A DNA stretch of 64,000 nucleotides. Origin: Sphyrna mokarran (lineage: Eukaryota). The DNA lies in assembly GCA_024679065.1 (NCBI GenBank), contig JAGIQG010000001.1, positions 104,036,001 to 104,100,000 of the forward strand, in the 5' to 3' direction. Shown here one piece after another: positions 38,245-51,695 of this stretch. Below the pieces are notes generated by a model. The model was not told the origin of the DNA. It was given only the letters and a program-made list of their open reading frames with translations, and searched no databases. Both the position numbers and the translations under genes were made by a program. How positions within the stretch are numbered: the stretch's first letter is position 1; every line of letters starts with the position of its first letter.

Positions 38245-38502
38245 GTGTCACGATCCCATTCAGGCCTCAGAATTTTGCACTTTCTCCCCGTGTCTGCATG
38301 GATTCCTCCAGGTGCTCTAGCTTCCTCCCACAGTCCAAAGATGTGTAGGTTAGGTTAATTGGCCATGCTAAATTGCCCCTAATGTCAGGGGGATTAGAAA
38401 GTAAATTCATGGGAGTTACAGGAATGAACTCTGGGTGACATTGTGGTTGGTACAGAATTGATGGGCCAAATGGCCTTCTTCTGTACTATAGGGATTCTAT
38501 GG
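38245..38502 (+). mobile_element. HE1/V-SINE, 5'-damaged
   Basis: V-domain and tagggattctatg tail. Confidence 0.85.
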
Positions 38503-38651
38503 AACAAGAAAGTGACATATGAACTGAACAGGGGTATATTATATCAATCTTTATTATATAGGATACAAATAACATCCTAGAATCAGCTATTACTAGTAAA
38601 TGGAATGGAAGTAGGAACTCAGGAAAATTGCAACACCAGAGAAGTGGTTCT

Positions 38652-38972
38652 GATGGTAGAGTGATGGGCACTGCTGCCTCTTGCAAAAACCTAAGCTCAA
38701 TTCCCAGCTTGGGTAACTGTGTTGAGTTTGCACGTTCTTTCCCATATTTGTAGGTTTCTTCTGGGTGCTCCAACTTCTTCCCACAGTCCAAAGATGTGCA
38801 GATTATGTTGACTGGCCTGCTAAATTGCCTCTTAGTGTCCCATGATGGGTACCTTAGAGCGTTTAGCAGGGTAAATATGGAGACTTTTGGGGATAGAGCA
38901 TGAGTGGGATTGTTGTTGGTGCAGACTTGATGGGACAAATGATCTCTTTCTGCACTGTAGGGGTTGTATGTA
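38652..38972 (+). mobile_element. HE1/V-SINE
   Basis: gcactgctgcctc head, V-domain and tail. Confidence 0.85.
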
Positions 38973-40328
38973 TGTAAATTGCTGGTGTTGTGGGCTTCAT
39001 CCGAGGATATTAAAAGTATCCAGTGAGATTGCTAATGCATCAGTTTTAATTTTCCAGAACTCCCTCGATTCAGGCAAGGTCCCATTAGATTGGAAGATAA
39101 GACAATAAGATAACATGCACAACTTTCTTATCCAAAAAGGACAGGAAACAGAAAGCAGGAAATACCAGTTAGTTTATCATCTGTTGTAGGGAAAATGTTA
39201 GAAGCTGTTATTAAAGAAATTATAAGAGGAATATTGGATAATTTCAAGGCATTAGTAAGAATCAACATGGTTTTGTGAAAGGGATATTGTATTTAACCAA
39301 TTTATTGGACTTCTTTGAGGAAGTAACCTGTGCTGTGGTAGAATCCGTACAGTGCAGGGGAGATCATTCAGTCCATCAATAAGGGGGAACCAGTGGCTGT
39401 ACTGTACATGGATTTCCAGAAGGCTTTTGATAAAGTGCCACAAAGATTATTGCAGAAAATAAAATATCATATTATGGGGGTAATACTTTGCCATAGATAG
39501 ATGAGTGGCTGGCTAACAAGCAGGGAGTAGACATCAATGTCTTCTTCAATATCTTTCAGATTGGAAAAATGTAATGCATGGTGCACCATAAGGATCAGTG
39601 CTGAGACCACAAGTGTTTACAATTTATATAAATGGCTTAGAAGAAGGAACTGAAGGGATAGTTGCCAAATTTGCTGATGATGAAAATATAGGTAAGAAAG
39701 AAAGTTGTGAAGAGAGCATTAGGAAGCCACAAAAACCTATGGATAGGTTAAGTGAGTGGACAAAGATCTGGCAAATGGGTATAATGTGGAAAATGTGAAA
39801 TTGTTCATTTTGGCAGAAAGAGCAAAAAAGAAGTATTCTAAATGGTGAGAGATTGCAGAGCCTTGAAAGTGCAAAGGGATCTGGGTGTCCTGAGCATGAA
39901 TCACAAAAGCTGGTATATAGATATAGCAAGTAATTAAGAAAGCTAATATAATGTTTTATTTATTGTGAGGGGAATTAAATACAAAAAATTGGAAGGTTAT
40001 GCTTCAGTTATACAGAGTATTAGTGAGACCATTTTTGAGTACCATGTACTGTATGGATCACCTTTTAAGGAAAAATGTAAATGCGTTGGAAGCAGTTCAG
40101 AAAATATTTATTAGACCAATACCTGAAATAGGTAATTTTATCTTATGAGGAAAGATTGGGCAGGCTGGGCTTATATCTGCTGGAGTTTAAAAGAGTAAGA
40201 GGTGAGTTGATTGAAACATATCTTGAGAGGTCTTAACAGAGTGGATATGCAGGGGGTGTTTCCTTTTGAACTAAGTATCACTGTTTAAAAATACAAGTTC
40301 AACCATTTAAAACACTCAACACAGTAGA

Positions 40329-40590
40329 TGTTGTAAGGTGTTGGCAGAGTTTGGTAGGTCTTATGAAGATATTAGGTAATTTAACGCAAGTATTTATTAA
40401 CTACTACAAACTATACTACATAGATTGAGTAAATATCCAAGTTAAGAACTCTCTTGGTGCTTGCTTATACATGTGGCTCTGTTCAGCATTGCACTGACTC
40501 CTAGGTGTAGGTCTTGTGTTCTCTTCCACCACTGTGTTGGCAATACTTCATTAGTCTCGCATTAAGCCTTTATGTGTGAGACCATTATAG
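40329..40590 (-). mobile_element. Possible solo LTR truncating the CR1
   Basis: Starts TGT with a minus-strand AATAAA about 65 nt inside; CR1 homology ends just before it. Confidence 0.3.
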
Positions 40591-43500
40591 TAAGTAAAGG
40601 TCACAGTTGCATTCATAAATGAGTTCTTAAAAACAAAAGGTGATGGTACAATATTATAAATCATACAAGTGTGTAGAAAGCAATCCTTAACTATATGATA
40701 CATAGTCATTACTCAGCAACTGTGTATATCAAATATTATTCTGTGGATGTGAATCCAAATCAAAAGGTTGTTTGCCTGTAAACATACAATCAGGGGGCTA
40801 CTACTCACAACACAGTGGTTGGTCTTGTGAAACACCTGGACTGTGGATCTAATCACAATTTCCACATGGTAGAGCATGTTTTTCTAAATATGTTAGCCAG
40901 AATGTGTTTCCCAGCTGAATTATCATCCTGAGTGCCAAACAAATTTTGAATAAACAAATTCTTCAGAGAAGAAAATCATTATTTTTTCAGGTGGCAAACA
41001 CAGCAATGGTGTTAATATGGTTTGATAATATAAAAGAGGTTATGTTTTGGAACATACAAAAATATGCACTTCAAAAAGGTGACAATATTTGTTTATTTTT
41101 AGGTGAGAAATTGTGATCGTTGAACCTTCTGTGCATTACAGATCAAATGCTGTTAAACATTGATATCTTTGATTATAGATTTGTTGTATTGATTGTATTG
41201 TATTACAGCATACAAGAGGGTACCTCACAAATTTACACTTCCCATGTGAACCCTCCCCTGGCAGCATTGTTTATCGGATATTAGGCTATGCACCCCTCAC
41301 ATTCTTCTGTTCATTTCATGTAGTCAACACATATCTGTTGGAGATGTATTACAAATTTAATATTCACATTATATTGGAAGAATATGATTATTTTATGTGA
41401 ACTCAATATATCATTAAAATTTAATGTAAGGATAAAAATTGCTGTCTGCAATAATAGGTGAATCCTTAATGTGCTTATGCGTTGAAATAGCAGCGAGAGG
41501 GATGCAATTTGAACAAGTTAAGCAGTCATCTTTTTTTTTCAACAGTAATTTCCATCTTAATATTAATGCCTACACAAATTGAATTAACCCATTGTTTTAA
41601 ATGAAGTACTGTCTCTGTTAAAATAGTGGAAAGGCATGCCAAATGTTTGTCAACTATTAATAGCAATACCAAATCCTACACTATAGTCCTCATATATTAT
41701 AGAAGTAAATTTCTCCAACGTATATTGGAGCTTTTATGTATTTGAATATTGTATTTCTCCTTCGTTTGGCAATGTTGTGTTTATTTAAATCCATGAAAGA
41801 ATAATCAACTGCCAAGACATTACTATTTTTTTCTTACAATCAATTGCATTTAAAATGCCTGAAGGGGTTTTAGAAGACTGAAATACATAAAAGATAATGG
41901 TTCTGTGGATTTCATTCTGAAACCTTTCAGATTATTCTACATGGCAGGGTAGTCTGTAAGCAAATGTCTTGACTACATGCCCACCTCTCACCTGGTTAAT
42001 GGTGGATTTTCTGTCACAATTCACTTGGAAAAGCTTTAATTGAGTGCTATCCATTATAAAGCAGGCACCATGGAGATGTTTCTCTTTCGGGAGATAAGTA
42101 GGTGATGGAGGAGAAAATGATAACCCGAACGTATCAGACAACTATACCACCTATTACATAGTCACTGATAAAGATCACAAAAGTATCTCTTGCACAATTA
42201 ATATTCACACTTCATTCTCCCTCTTCTCTATCCTGCTAAAAGGGTGAAGGAAGGCATAGAACAGGAAACAGCTTCCACAAGGAATCTAAAGGTAAATCAC
42301 TAGCACATGTAATCATGTTTATATATTACTTTTCAAAGAAAATCTTTTAAAGATCCTCATCGTTGTGGAGGTTTGCTTTATACCAGTTGCTTGATTGTGA
42401 CAGCTTTTGCAGTTCTTATAAAAGTGCTAAGTACCTCATCAAACAGCAGTCTAAAGCATTCCAACGGTACTGTACAACGGCATTAGACTGAGAGAGAGGC
42501 AGGTGCCTGGGGAAATACAAAATGCTAGACAAATATGCTGCACTCAGGTATATTGTGCTCATGGGTTTCATTTTAATCAGCATTGTAGCTGTCTCAGGCT
42601 GCTGCATTCTGTCCCTCTTCAATGAGAACTATCAATTTGAGCCAGCTAAGCACCAATTAGAATCAAACTTCAGCTTAACTGAAAACTTGGAAGGTGCACA
42701 CATTGCCATTTCAGAGGATATATTCCAGCAAGCAACAGTAATCAGTAACATGGTCACTGTGATACATTGGCACTCTAATTTATATGAACAATATAGATGG
42801 CAACCGTCAACATTAAAGCAGAATCTTAGCTAATGAATTAGATGCATTTTTTGCAGGTGTTGAATTATTTAGTGGGGGGATATTAGCATTATGAATTATT
42901 TAAGTTATGAATGTCCTTTTCAGTTTTGCTGAAAATGTAAAATGTGTAGATTTTCTCTTACATATTCCAAAAATGTTTCTAAATGGTAAATTGTGTAAAT
43001 GTTTATATGGTGCATTGTGTAATCTGAATATTATAAAGTAAATGAATTATACAAGGCACTGACTTTATATTCTTTTGCAGTACTCTGAGCTCAATTGTAT
43101 TACTATTTTCAGTGGGTATTTTGTCAAACTATTTATCAGTTTATGAATCAATACAGTTTGGTTTCAAATGAAAAATGAAATTCTATTATCAAACAACAGC
43201 ACTGGTGCATCAGAGCATTGTGATATGTGACCAGTTTGCAAATTAAAATAAATAAAGGGTAATAGTCCCTATGAGGGCATAAGAAAGAAGACACGCACCA
43301 AGAGCACCCAGGACATCACTTGTACAGACCATTTTATCATAGTCTCTACCTAATTGAATTGACCTCTAATGAGAAAGTTTTATAAAATCTTGTTTTTGAA
43401 GCCAAAGCCATTTAAAGGAAGTTCTGTGATCTTTATTTATTTTTCACAATCTGATTGTGTTGATGTCCATTTCTGAGATCAGGAGATTGGAATATTATAT

Positions 43501-43719
43501 TCCTTGTTTTAAAGTTAATTAATATGATTTTGCTGTCAGTCAAGGGACAGGTTTTTAACTGTGGCTATGCTGTTCCCAGTGGTGTAACCAGAACAACCTA
43601 CCATTTCTGCACACTTGCTCTGTCCAGTTTCTCATGTGAATCAAAATAAAGATTTAAGTTTTGACAACATGCACAAGAAATGTGTGTCATTCTACGGTGG
43701 CAGAAGTTTTTCACTGGTG

Positions 43720-43960
43720 AAACCTGCTGTCAGCTGACAATGCTCCAGCCACTGGCAGGCTGAAAAAGCTGCCTGTACAAAAAGGGAGACTGTCCATCAA
43801 CGCTACAAATTTGTTACCAAGTGCCTTTGGAAATGTGCTGGGCATGGCTTTTTTAAGGGGCAATCCTTCACAAGCCACATAAACAGGCCGCAGCCAATGG
43901 AGTGTGAGTGCGCGAACATCAGCCGATTGGAAGCGAGGGCAAGCATTCCGGGCCATTAGT
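43720..43960. promoter_or_regulatory. Promoter- or enhancer-like unique segment
   Basis: CCAAT at 43894 and ATTGG at 43926, local CpG cluster, and palindrome TGTCAGCTGACA at 43728-43739. Confidence 0.4.
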
Positions 43961-46604
43961 TTGGAATAGATCTGTATTAGTTGTTTCATTAAACCCTTCA
44001 TTGTATATAGTTCTCCTCATCAATAAATGCGTTAGTTATTTGTTTGCCACTTTGAATCACCTTATAATAGGAGATGTTGCAGAAATGGTCCCTGTAAGGT
44101 TTGCAATAGAACTTGGCACCCTCCCCCTGTCACCTGACCCCAACCTAAACATTTACCCCCCACCTTCTCCCCCCTCAACCTCTAACTAACCCTTGCCAAT
44201 CCTGAGCCTCCATCCAAGCTGCCATTTTCCTGCTCCTGCCCCTTGTGTCGCTGAGTTCAGCAAAGAAACTTAGCCACAAGTGCCCAAAGGGCAATTCTCA
44301 GGTATCTCCTTTCAACGATTATGCACCACAAGATTCTGATGCAATTGCTGACTTTATCTTGAAGTTGGACGTAATTCTAAAAGTTTTATGCAAATAAGTA
44401 TTCATGGCATACAGATGTGTTACAAGTGGAAACCTGCCGCAAGCCAAAATGAGGCTTGATGTGCTGCTTGCTGCTGAGTCCATCCCTGCATCTCAACCTG
44501 CCATTTGGAAATCAGAATTCTGGCTTCTGTCTAATGTAGTCACCTCCCTCTCTGTTTTTCCCACTCTTGCAGACTCCAAAAAATCATGATCATCCTCATC
44601 CCGCTCAATCCATGACTTACATTTGTGGAAAAGGGTGGAAAAAAAAAGTCATCTCATCTTTAGATCTACTTGAGTTTTGTTACTTTAGTCCTCATCTCTA
44701 TAATCAGCATGAAACAATCGGAGAAGCATAAACTTAGAAAATTACAAATAATAAATCAAAATTGAGTGCTGGCATGCAGTCGAATTGTAACATTGCCATA
44801 TATGACACCAGCTCTGACCCTGAGAAGGCTGATTCCATAAGCAGAGTTTTCCAGCAAGAAGAGGCACGCACAAGAATCATATGTTAGGGTTTTACAAGCA
44901 TGTGGATGGTGGGCGGAATTGCCCAATGCTTCAGCAGAGTAGCACAGCTTGTGGAGAACAGAGGCATAAAGGCATGGAAGCCGCCTGCCCCAGTAGCAGC
45001 TTTCACTGCTGTATTGTTTGACTTATAGTCACAAAAGATTGAAGGGGCAGGTCCCACCATGTAAGACAGGGGGGGGAGGGGAGGCTGAATCGGACCCACC
45101 AGCAACTGAGTCTTTAAAGGATTGGAATGTCATTTCTAAAGGCAGCCCAAATACAAATAAAACAAAAAAGTTAAAAAATAGAACACCCAAATCCCGACAC
45201 AAACCTGCCACATGCATCAACCCGGCAATGTTGGAGGGTGGGGAGGGGGGGAGTGCCCACGTGTGGTCCTCTCTCCTCTGAATGAAGTACTCATCTGAAA
45301 TTCTCTGGGGGACTCTGTTCACCGTCTACATGGAGCGGGGGATTATCAGATGTAGAGGCCTGATAATTAAATGTAATTGGGGTCTTGATGTTGAATGTTG
45401 GGATTCCTGTTAGGTCACTGGCATTGCACCTTCTCATTGGCGTGAAACACAATTTAGGCTTCTTGCTGGATTTCCCAGCACAACAAAAATGGGAGCTAAA
45501 GATTCCCTCTCTCTTCTTTTTCCAAGCTATTATTATTATGCTATTCATTTTTAGGTTGTTTTACAAAAGGACCAAACAATGGTCTTCTGCTGCCTAGTTA
45601 CAGATAGCATTGATAGGTAGACCACAATTAATGTCGTGACTCACTTCTCAAAAAATGTCAAGGGAGGAATTGATGGGAGCGGAATTGAGGAGAGTGGAAG
45701 GAAAAAGGATAGTGAAGCTTTGGAGTGGCAAGGTACAAGATCAAATGGAAGGTGGAATTACTATTTGACAAGAGGAGGCTTTCTTGTTAGAGGTGAATTG
45801 AATTACAATAAAATGTCTATAACTGGTCCGTGTGAGTGATGTTCTCCTTTCTTATATTCTCATGGGGACTATTATCTTTATTTACTTGAATACATAAGCC
45901 TGGGATGAACAAAGAATGAAGTAAAAGGACATGTAAATAATTGTCTCCCATCTAGAGTAGGAAGTATATTGTACCTGGAATAGACATAACGGGGAAAATT
46001 TTCCCTGCCTACCTGCCACAGGAATTATAGTGTGTGGGGGTGGGGAGGGGACTATCTAAATGCTTTTTAAAAGATAAAATTGTATCCGCCTCTACTACTA
46101 CCTCTGGTAGCTTGTTCCGGACACTTACTCTCTATGTGAAAAAATTGCCTCTCTGGACACTTTTGCATCTCTCTCCTTAAACTTATGCCCTCTAGTTTTA
46201 GACTTCTCTGTCTTTGAGAAAAGTTATTTCCCAAAGGGGCAAATGTGGCTAGAAAATCCCACACTCTAATTTTAGGACACACATGCACAGCTGAGATTGG
46301 GAAAAACACATCCAGATTGTAAAGAGAGGGCAGGGAGGATATGACATTAAATATGATGTAATACAAAACAGTCCATAGTCAAAATCAGAAGTGTGAAGAT
46401 CATTCATAGATAAAGACATAAATAGTAAAACAAATGTTGAGATAAGGGCACCAAAATTCCTCACTGCAGTTATGCTATTCCACATTCCATTTACTAAGGA
46501 TACATGCTAGTTCTCATTGGAGCCTTTAGCATCTCCTGGTGTAGGGAGTATTTCCTCTGGCTCTGCCTTGATGGATCATTTGTCTCATGGGATGAACAAA
46601 AAAG

Positions 46605-49019
46605 ATGATCATCATCCTGGTACAAAAGAAAAGCCAAGCAGCATGCCTTACTGACTATCATTCTGTGGCTTTGACATCCATCATTATGAATCACTTCGAA
46701 AGGTTAGTCAAGGCATGAATCAATTCCAGCGTCCTGGACTGCCTGCCACTACAGTTCACCTACCACTGCAACAGGTCCTCAGCAGACGCCATCTCCCTGG
46801 CCCTGCACTCAACCCTGGAATGCCTAGATAATAATTTAACTTATTTATTAACTATAGCTCAGCCTTCAACACCATTATCCTATGAAACTCATCTCCAAAC
46901 TCTGTGGCCTGGGCCTCAGTTCCTCTCTCTGTGACTGGATCCTGAACTTCTTAACCCACAAGCCACAATCAGTAAGGATAGGCAACAACACCTCCTCCAC
47001 AATCATCCTCAACACTGGTGTCCCACAAGGCTGTGTTCTCAGCCCCTTACTATACACCTTATACACCTATGACTGTGTAGGCAAATTCCCCTTCAACTCG
47101 ATTTTTATGTTTGCTGATGATACCACCATAGTGGGTCACATCTCAAACAATGAATGGGGATAAATGGATGTTTTTCTGGCTGGCAATCAATGGCTAGTGA
47201 TGTGCCTCAGGGATTAGAGTTGGAACCGCAATTGTTTACAATTTATGTAAATGATTTGGAGTTGGAGGCCAAGTGTAGTGTGTCAAAATTCACAATTGAC
47301 ACTAAGATGACTGGCAGAGCAAAGAGTGCAGAAGGCTCTGGAAGTCTGCAAAGAGATGTAGAGAGTCTAAGTGAGTGAGTAAGGGTCTGACAGATGGAAT
47401 ACAATGTTGATAATTGTGAGGTCATACAATTTGACAGGAATAACTGAAAAATGGACTATTATTTAAATGGTAAAAAATTGCAGTATGCTGCTGTGCAGAG
47501 GGACCTGGATGTTCTTGTGCAAGAATCACAAGGAGTTGGTTCGCAGGTGCAGGAGCTAATTAAAAAGTCAAATGGAATTTTATCCTTCATTTCCAGAGGT
47601 ATGGAGTTTAAAAACAGCGAGGTTATATTGAAGCTGTATAATGTGCTGGTGAGGCCACACCTGGAATACTGTGTACTGTTTTGGTCTCCTTATTTGAGAA
47701 AGGATATACTGGCATTGGAGGGGGTGCAGAGAAGATTCACTAGATTGATTCCAGAATCAAAAGAATTGGCTTATGAAGAGAGATTGAGTAGACTGGGGCT
47801 ATACTCATTGGCCTTCAGAAGAATGAGGGGCAATCTTATAGAAACATATAAGATTATGGAGGAAATAGATAAGATAGAAGCAAGAAAGTTGTTTCCACTG
47901 GCAGGTGAAACTAGAATTAGGGGGCATGGCCTCAAAATAAGAGGGAGCAGATTTAGGACTGAGTTGAGGAGGAACTTCTTCACACAATAGGTTGTAAATC
48001 TGTGGAATTCCCTGCTCAGTGAAGCAGTTGAGGCTACCTTGTTGAATGTATTTAAGGCAAGGATAGATACATTTTTGAATAGTAAAGAAATTAAGGGTGA
48101 TGATGAGCGGCAGGTAAGTGAAGCTGAGTTCATGAAAAGATCAGCCATGATCTTATTGAATGGTGGAGCAGGCTTGAGAGGCCAGATGGCCTACTCCTGT
48201 TCCTAGTTCTTATGTTCTTACAATGACTATACAGAATACAAGAATGAGATAAAGAACCTGGTCAACTGGTGCAGCGACAATAATCTCTCCCTCAATGTCA
48301 ACAAAATGAAGAAGATTGTCATCGACTTCAAGAAACATAGAGGAGAACGTGTCCCTGTCGACATCAATGGGGCCAAAGTAGAAAGGGTCAAAAGCTTCCA
48401 GTTTTTAGATGTCCAGATCACCAACAAACTGTCCTGGTCCCCATTGCCAACACTATAGTTAAGAAAGCCCACTAAGCCTCTACTTTCTCAGAAGACTAAG
48501 GAAATTTGGCACATAAGCTATGCTTCTACTAACTTTTACAGATGCATCATAGAAAGCATTCTTTCTGATTGTATCTCAGTTGGTATGGCTCGTGTTCTGC
48601 CCAAGACTGCAAGGAATTACAAAATGTGAATGTGGCCCAATCCATCATGCAAATCAGCCTCCCATCCATTGATTCTGTCTACACTTCTTGCTGTCTTGGC
48701 AAAGCAGCCAGCATAATTAAGGTCTCCAAGTACCCTGGGCATTCTCTCTTCTGCATTCTTCTATTGGGAAAAAGATACGAAAGTTTGAAACCACGTACTA
48801 ACCGACTCAACAGCTCCTTCCCTGCTGCCACCAGACTTTTGAATGGACCTATCTTGCATTAATTTGATCTTTCTCTACATCCTAGCTATGACTGTAACAC
48901 TACATTGTGCACTCTCTCATTTTCTTCTCTATGAACAGTTTGCTTTGTCTGTATAGTGTGCAAGAAACAATACTTTTCACTGTCTACTAATACATGTGAC
49001 AATAATGAATCAAATCAAA
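46605..49019 (+). mobile_element. Rex1/Babar LINE (RT domain to tail) split by a CR1 insertion
   Basis: [38 protein letters not shown] and [10 protein letters not shown] motifs; resumes at 48220 and ends gtgacaataatgaatcaaatcaaa. Confidence 0.9.
47154..48219 (+). mobile_element. 5'-truncated CR1 LINE with 7-bp TSD
   Basis: TSD ACAATGA at 47147-47153 and 48220-48226. ORF 47451-47990 is the CR1 ORF2 C-terminus (LVRPHLEYCV..WSP..RKDI); ttcttatgttctt tail. Confidence 0.92.
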
Positions 49020-49094
49020 GGTTTAGCCACATAGAGAAACAACTTAACATTTGCAGAAAAGACAAAAGTTCAGTGCAACAGAAAAATCTCTTTA

Positions 49095-50110
49095 CTGATT
49101 GAAGTCATAGCTGGCACAAAGGAAGATGATTGTGTTTATTGGAGATCAATCACTTCTGTTCCAGACCATCACTGCAGAATTTCCTCAGGATCATGTTCAA
49201 CAACCCAATGATCTTCAGCTGCTTCATCAATGAATTTCCTTCCGTCATAATTTTAGAAGTGGGATATTTGTGGATGACTGCACAATGTTCCGTCACCATT
49301 CATGACTCCTCAGATACTGAAGCAGCCTGCATCCATTTGCAGCAATGCCTAGACAACATTCAGACTTGGGCTGATGAATGGCCACACAATGCCAGACATT
49401 GACCAGCTTCAATAAGAAAGAATCCAATCATCTGACTTTGACATTCAATAATTACCATCACCAACAATCTCTTAGAGGTTACAATTGACCAGACACTGAA
49501 CTAGATCAGCCATAAAAATACTGTGCCTAATACAGTGCATCAGAGACTGGGAATTCTGCAGACAGTAACTCATCTCTTGATTCCCCAAAGCCTGTCCAGC
49601 ATCCACAAGATACAAGGCAGGAATCTGATGGAATACTTTTTATTAGTGTGGATCAGTGTACCTCGAACAACACTTAAGAAGTTGTCACTATTCAGGATAA
49701 AATGACCTGCTTGATTAGCATTCTATTCACCAACTTGACATTCATTCCTTTTGTTACTGATGCAGAGTAGCAAGAGCATAAACTATCTACAAGATGTTCT
49801 GCAGCAATTTGGCAAGGATTCTCAACAACATCTTTCAAATTGCTCTCGCTTCCACCCAGGGAAACAAAGGCAGCTGATGTATGCGAGAACTACCTCCTGA
49901 ACATTTTTCTGCAAGCTACATACCATCCTAACTTGGAAGTATATCATCATTCCTTCACTGCCGCTGGGTCAGAATGCTGGAACTCCCTTCCTAACAGTAC
50001 TATGGGTGTTTCTATAACACACAGAGTGCGGTGGTTTAAGAAGGTGCCAATTTCAAGGGCAATTAGGGATGATAACAAAATGCCACCTAGCCAATCGATG
50101 TCCTGTAAAA
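49095..50110 (+). mobile_element. L2/CR1-group LINE (second family), RT to 3' tail
   Basis: IFSCFINE, VDDC, LQQCLDNIQTWADEW and WNSLP motifs; tail gggcaattagggat is shared with Deu-SINEs. Confidence 0.8.
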
Positions 50111-51129
50111 GATTTTTTTTAACGGAATAGAATTTCTCACTGACGGTGAATTAGTTGTACTGAGTAAATGAACTAACTCTAATATTTCTTCGGTTACATG
50201 TAAGGAAATGTTGAAGTTATTTTGGCTGACAGGTATTAGTCTGCCTTTAAAAGCAGGTGGATGATTTGCACTTTGCAGAACTGCATTACAATTTAAATCA
50301 GAAGATCTAAAGTTACGCTAGATTAACACAGCTTTCTTTAAATAAAACAATAATAATATCCTTGTGGAGCATCATGGCAAATCGAGAAAGATCAAAGTGT
50401 TATTGTATGAATCCTTTTGTACAAAGGCATTCTGTGTACAACTTTAAGTGTAGTCAGGTGCAGTTTCTCATACAAGAATTAGTTTGCAAAATCTTATTTG
50501 AAGATGTGGTTTTAAAAAATACAGTTGAGTACACTACCCAGAACTGAACCATTGGCCTCATTAATTGATAGATTGCAATAATTAGGGGGGCTGCATCTTC
50601 TTGGATTTAACTCATAACATTTAACATAAAATGAATCAAAGTCTATTAGTATGCTCAAACTTTAAATGAAGCAGAACCAAACTATGCATCAAAAAACACA
50701 AAACTCCAGTCCATCTAAACTGTCTGAACATAATGAGTGTGGAATATAATCAGCAAATTTCATTTGCTGTTCCAAAATATAATTTTCTGTCCATATTATT
50801 TGCAATTAAAATGTAAATACAATATTTCACCTCTGCTGCAACAACATATTCAGACATTTAACTCCTAGGTTCAAAGTTGTGGCCCTCTAAATTTGAAAGA
50901 TGATCAGGAAAAGGCAGGAACGTAGAGTTGAGGTTGCAATTAGAACAATCATGATCTATTGAATGGCGGAGCAGGATTGAGGGGCTGAATGGCTTCCTCC
51001 TGGTCCTAACTCATATATTTATATTGCAATTAACCAGCTGTTAAGTCACTGTTTACTCCAAAAGCATACAATGCCAGCAACATTCTCCTTCTTACTAGCT
51101 GCTGAATATTTTAAAAAAACATTTAAAAA

Positions 51130-51515
51130 AAAAATTCTTGAGATGCTGCAAGACTGCAATTTATTAACCTTCTCTGGTTGTCCTTAGAAGGTGGATGCGA
51201 GTCTTTATATTGAAAAGGGTTTGATGGCTTGTAAGGTCACTTCGGATTGTAGTTAATGTAAACCAAATGGGTGAAATGGGAGTCACACATAGACCAGCAC
51301 AGAATAGGATACCATGCTTCCTTCCCTACATTCGTACACTACTTAGCTTTTTATTGTTGTCCAAAAATTTTATCTCACCTTCACTGGTTCCTGATTTTTA
51401 TTTTGAGATATAATTTTAGTGGAAATTAGTAGTCTTAAAGCTGCCACGATGAGATCTAACCTCACTTTCTCTAGAGTTTTCTGGTCTATGTTTCTGGGTT
51501 ACTGGGAAGCTAAGA
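51130..51515 (-). mobile_element. Deu-domain SINE, decayed
   Basis: ggagtcacacatagaccag core; colinear with 9775-10095. Confidence 0.55.
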
Positions 51516-51665
51516 ATCCCACCAGCGGGATTGCCCGGAGAATTCCAACCAATTAATGCAAAGTAGTAAAACAGTGTAAAAAAAATCCAAATTCTCAAAC
51601 CAATTTAAGCAAATGCTACAGAGAAAAAAAATTGAATGCAACCACATAAACTCAGATTGTCCTTC

Positions 51666-51695
51666 TACATTGTACTTAAATGTAAGTACAATGTA
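51666..51695. repeat. Perfect hairpin, 13-bp arms, 4-nt loop
   Basis: TACATTGTACTTA-aatg-TAAGTACAATGTA. Confidence 0.9.

Larger units (their letters stand above)
35000..40310 (+). mobile_element. Near-full-length decayed CR1 LINE (5'UTR, ORF1 zinc-finger/esterase remnants, ORF2 EN and RT) with multiple nested insertions
   Basis: ORF1: DKHVCSK and YEDLGIKLRSRTSKVIISG. ORF2: LYLN..SI.NK.DEL, IIMGDFNLH, GLHPRILK, QHGFVKG, YMDFQKAFDKVP and KFADD in order. The 5' boundary is approximate. Confidence 0.85.

Noticed and set aside
47451-47990. 179-aa ORF as a host gene
   Set aside because: It is the C-terminus of CR1 ORF2 within a TSD-flanked, 5'-truncated insertion.
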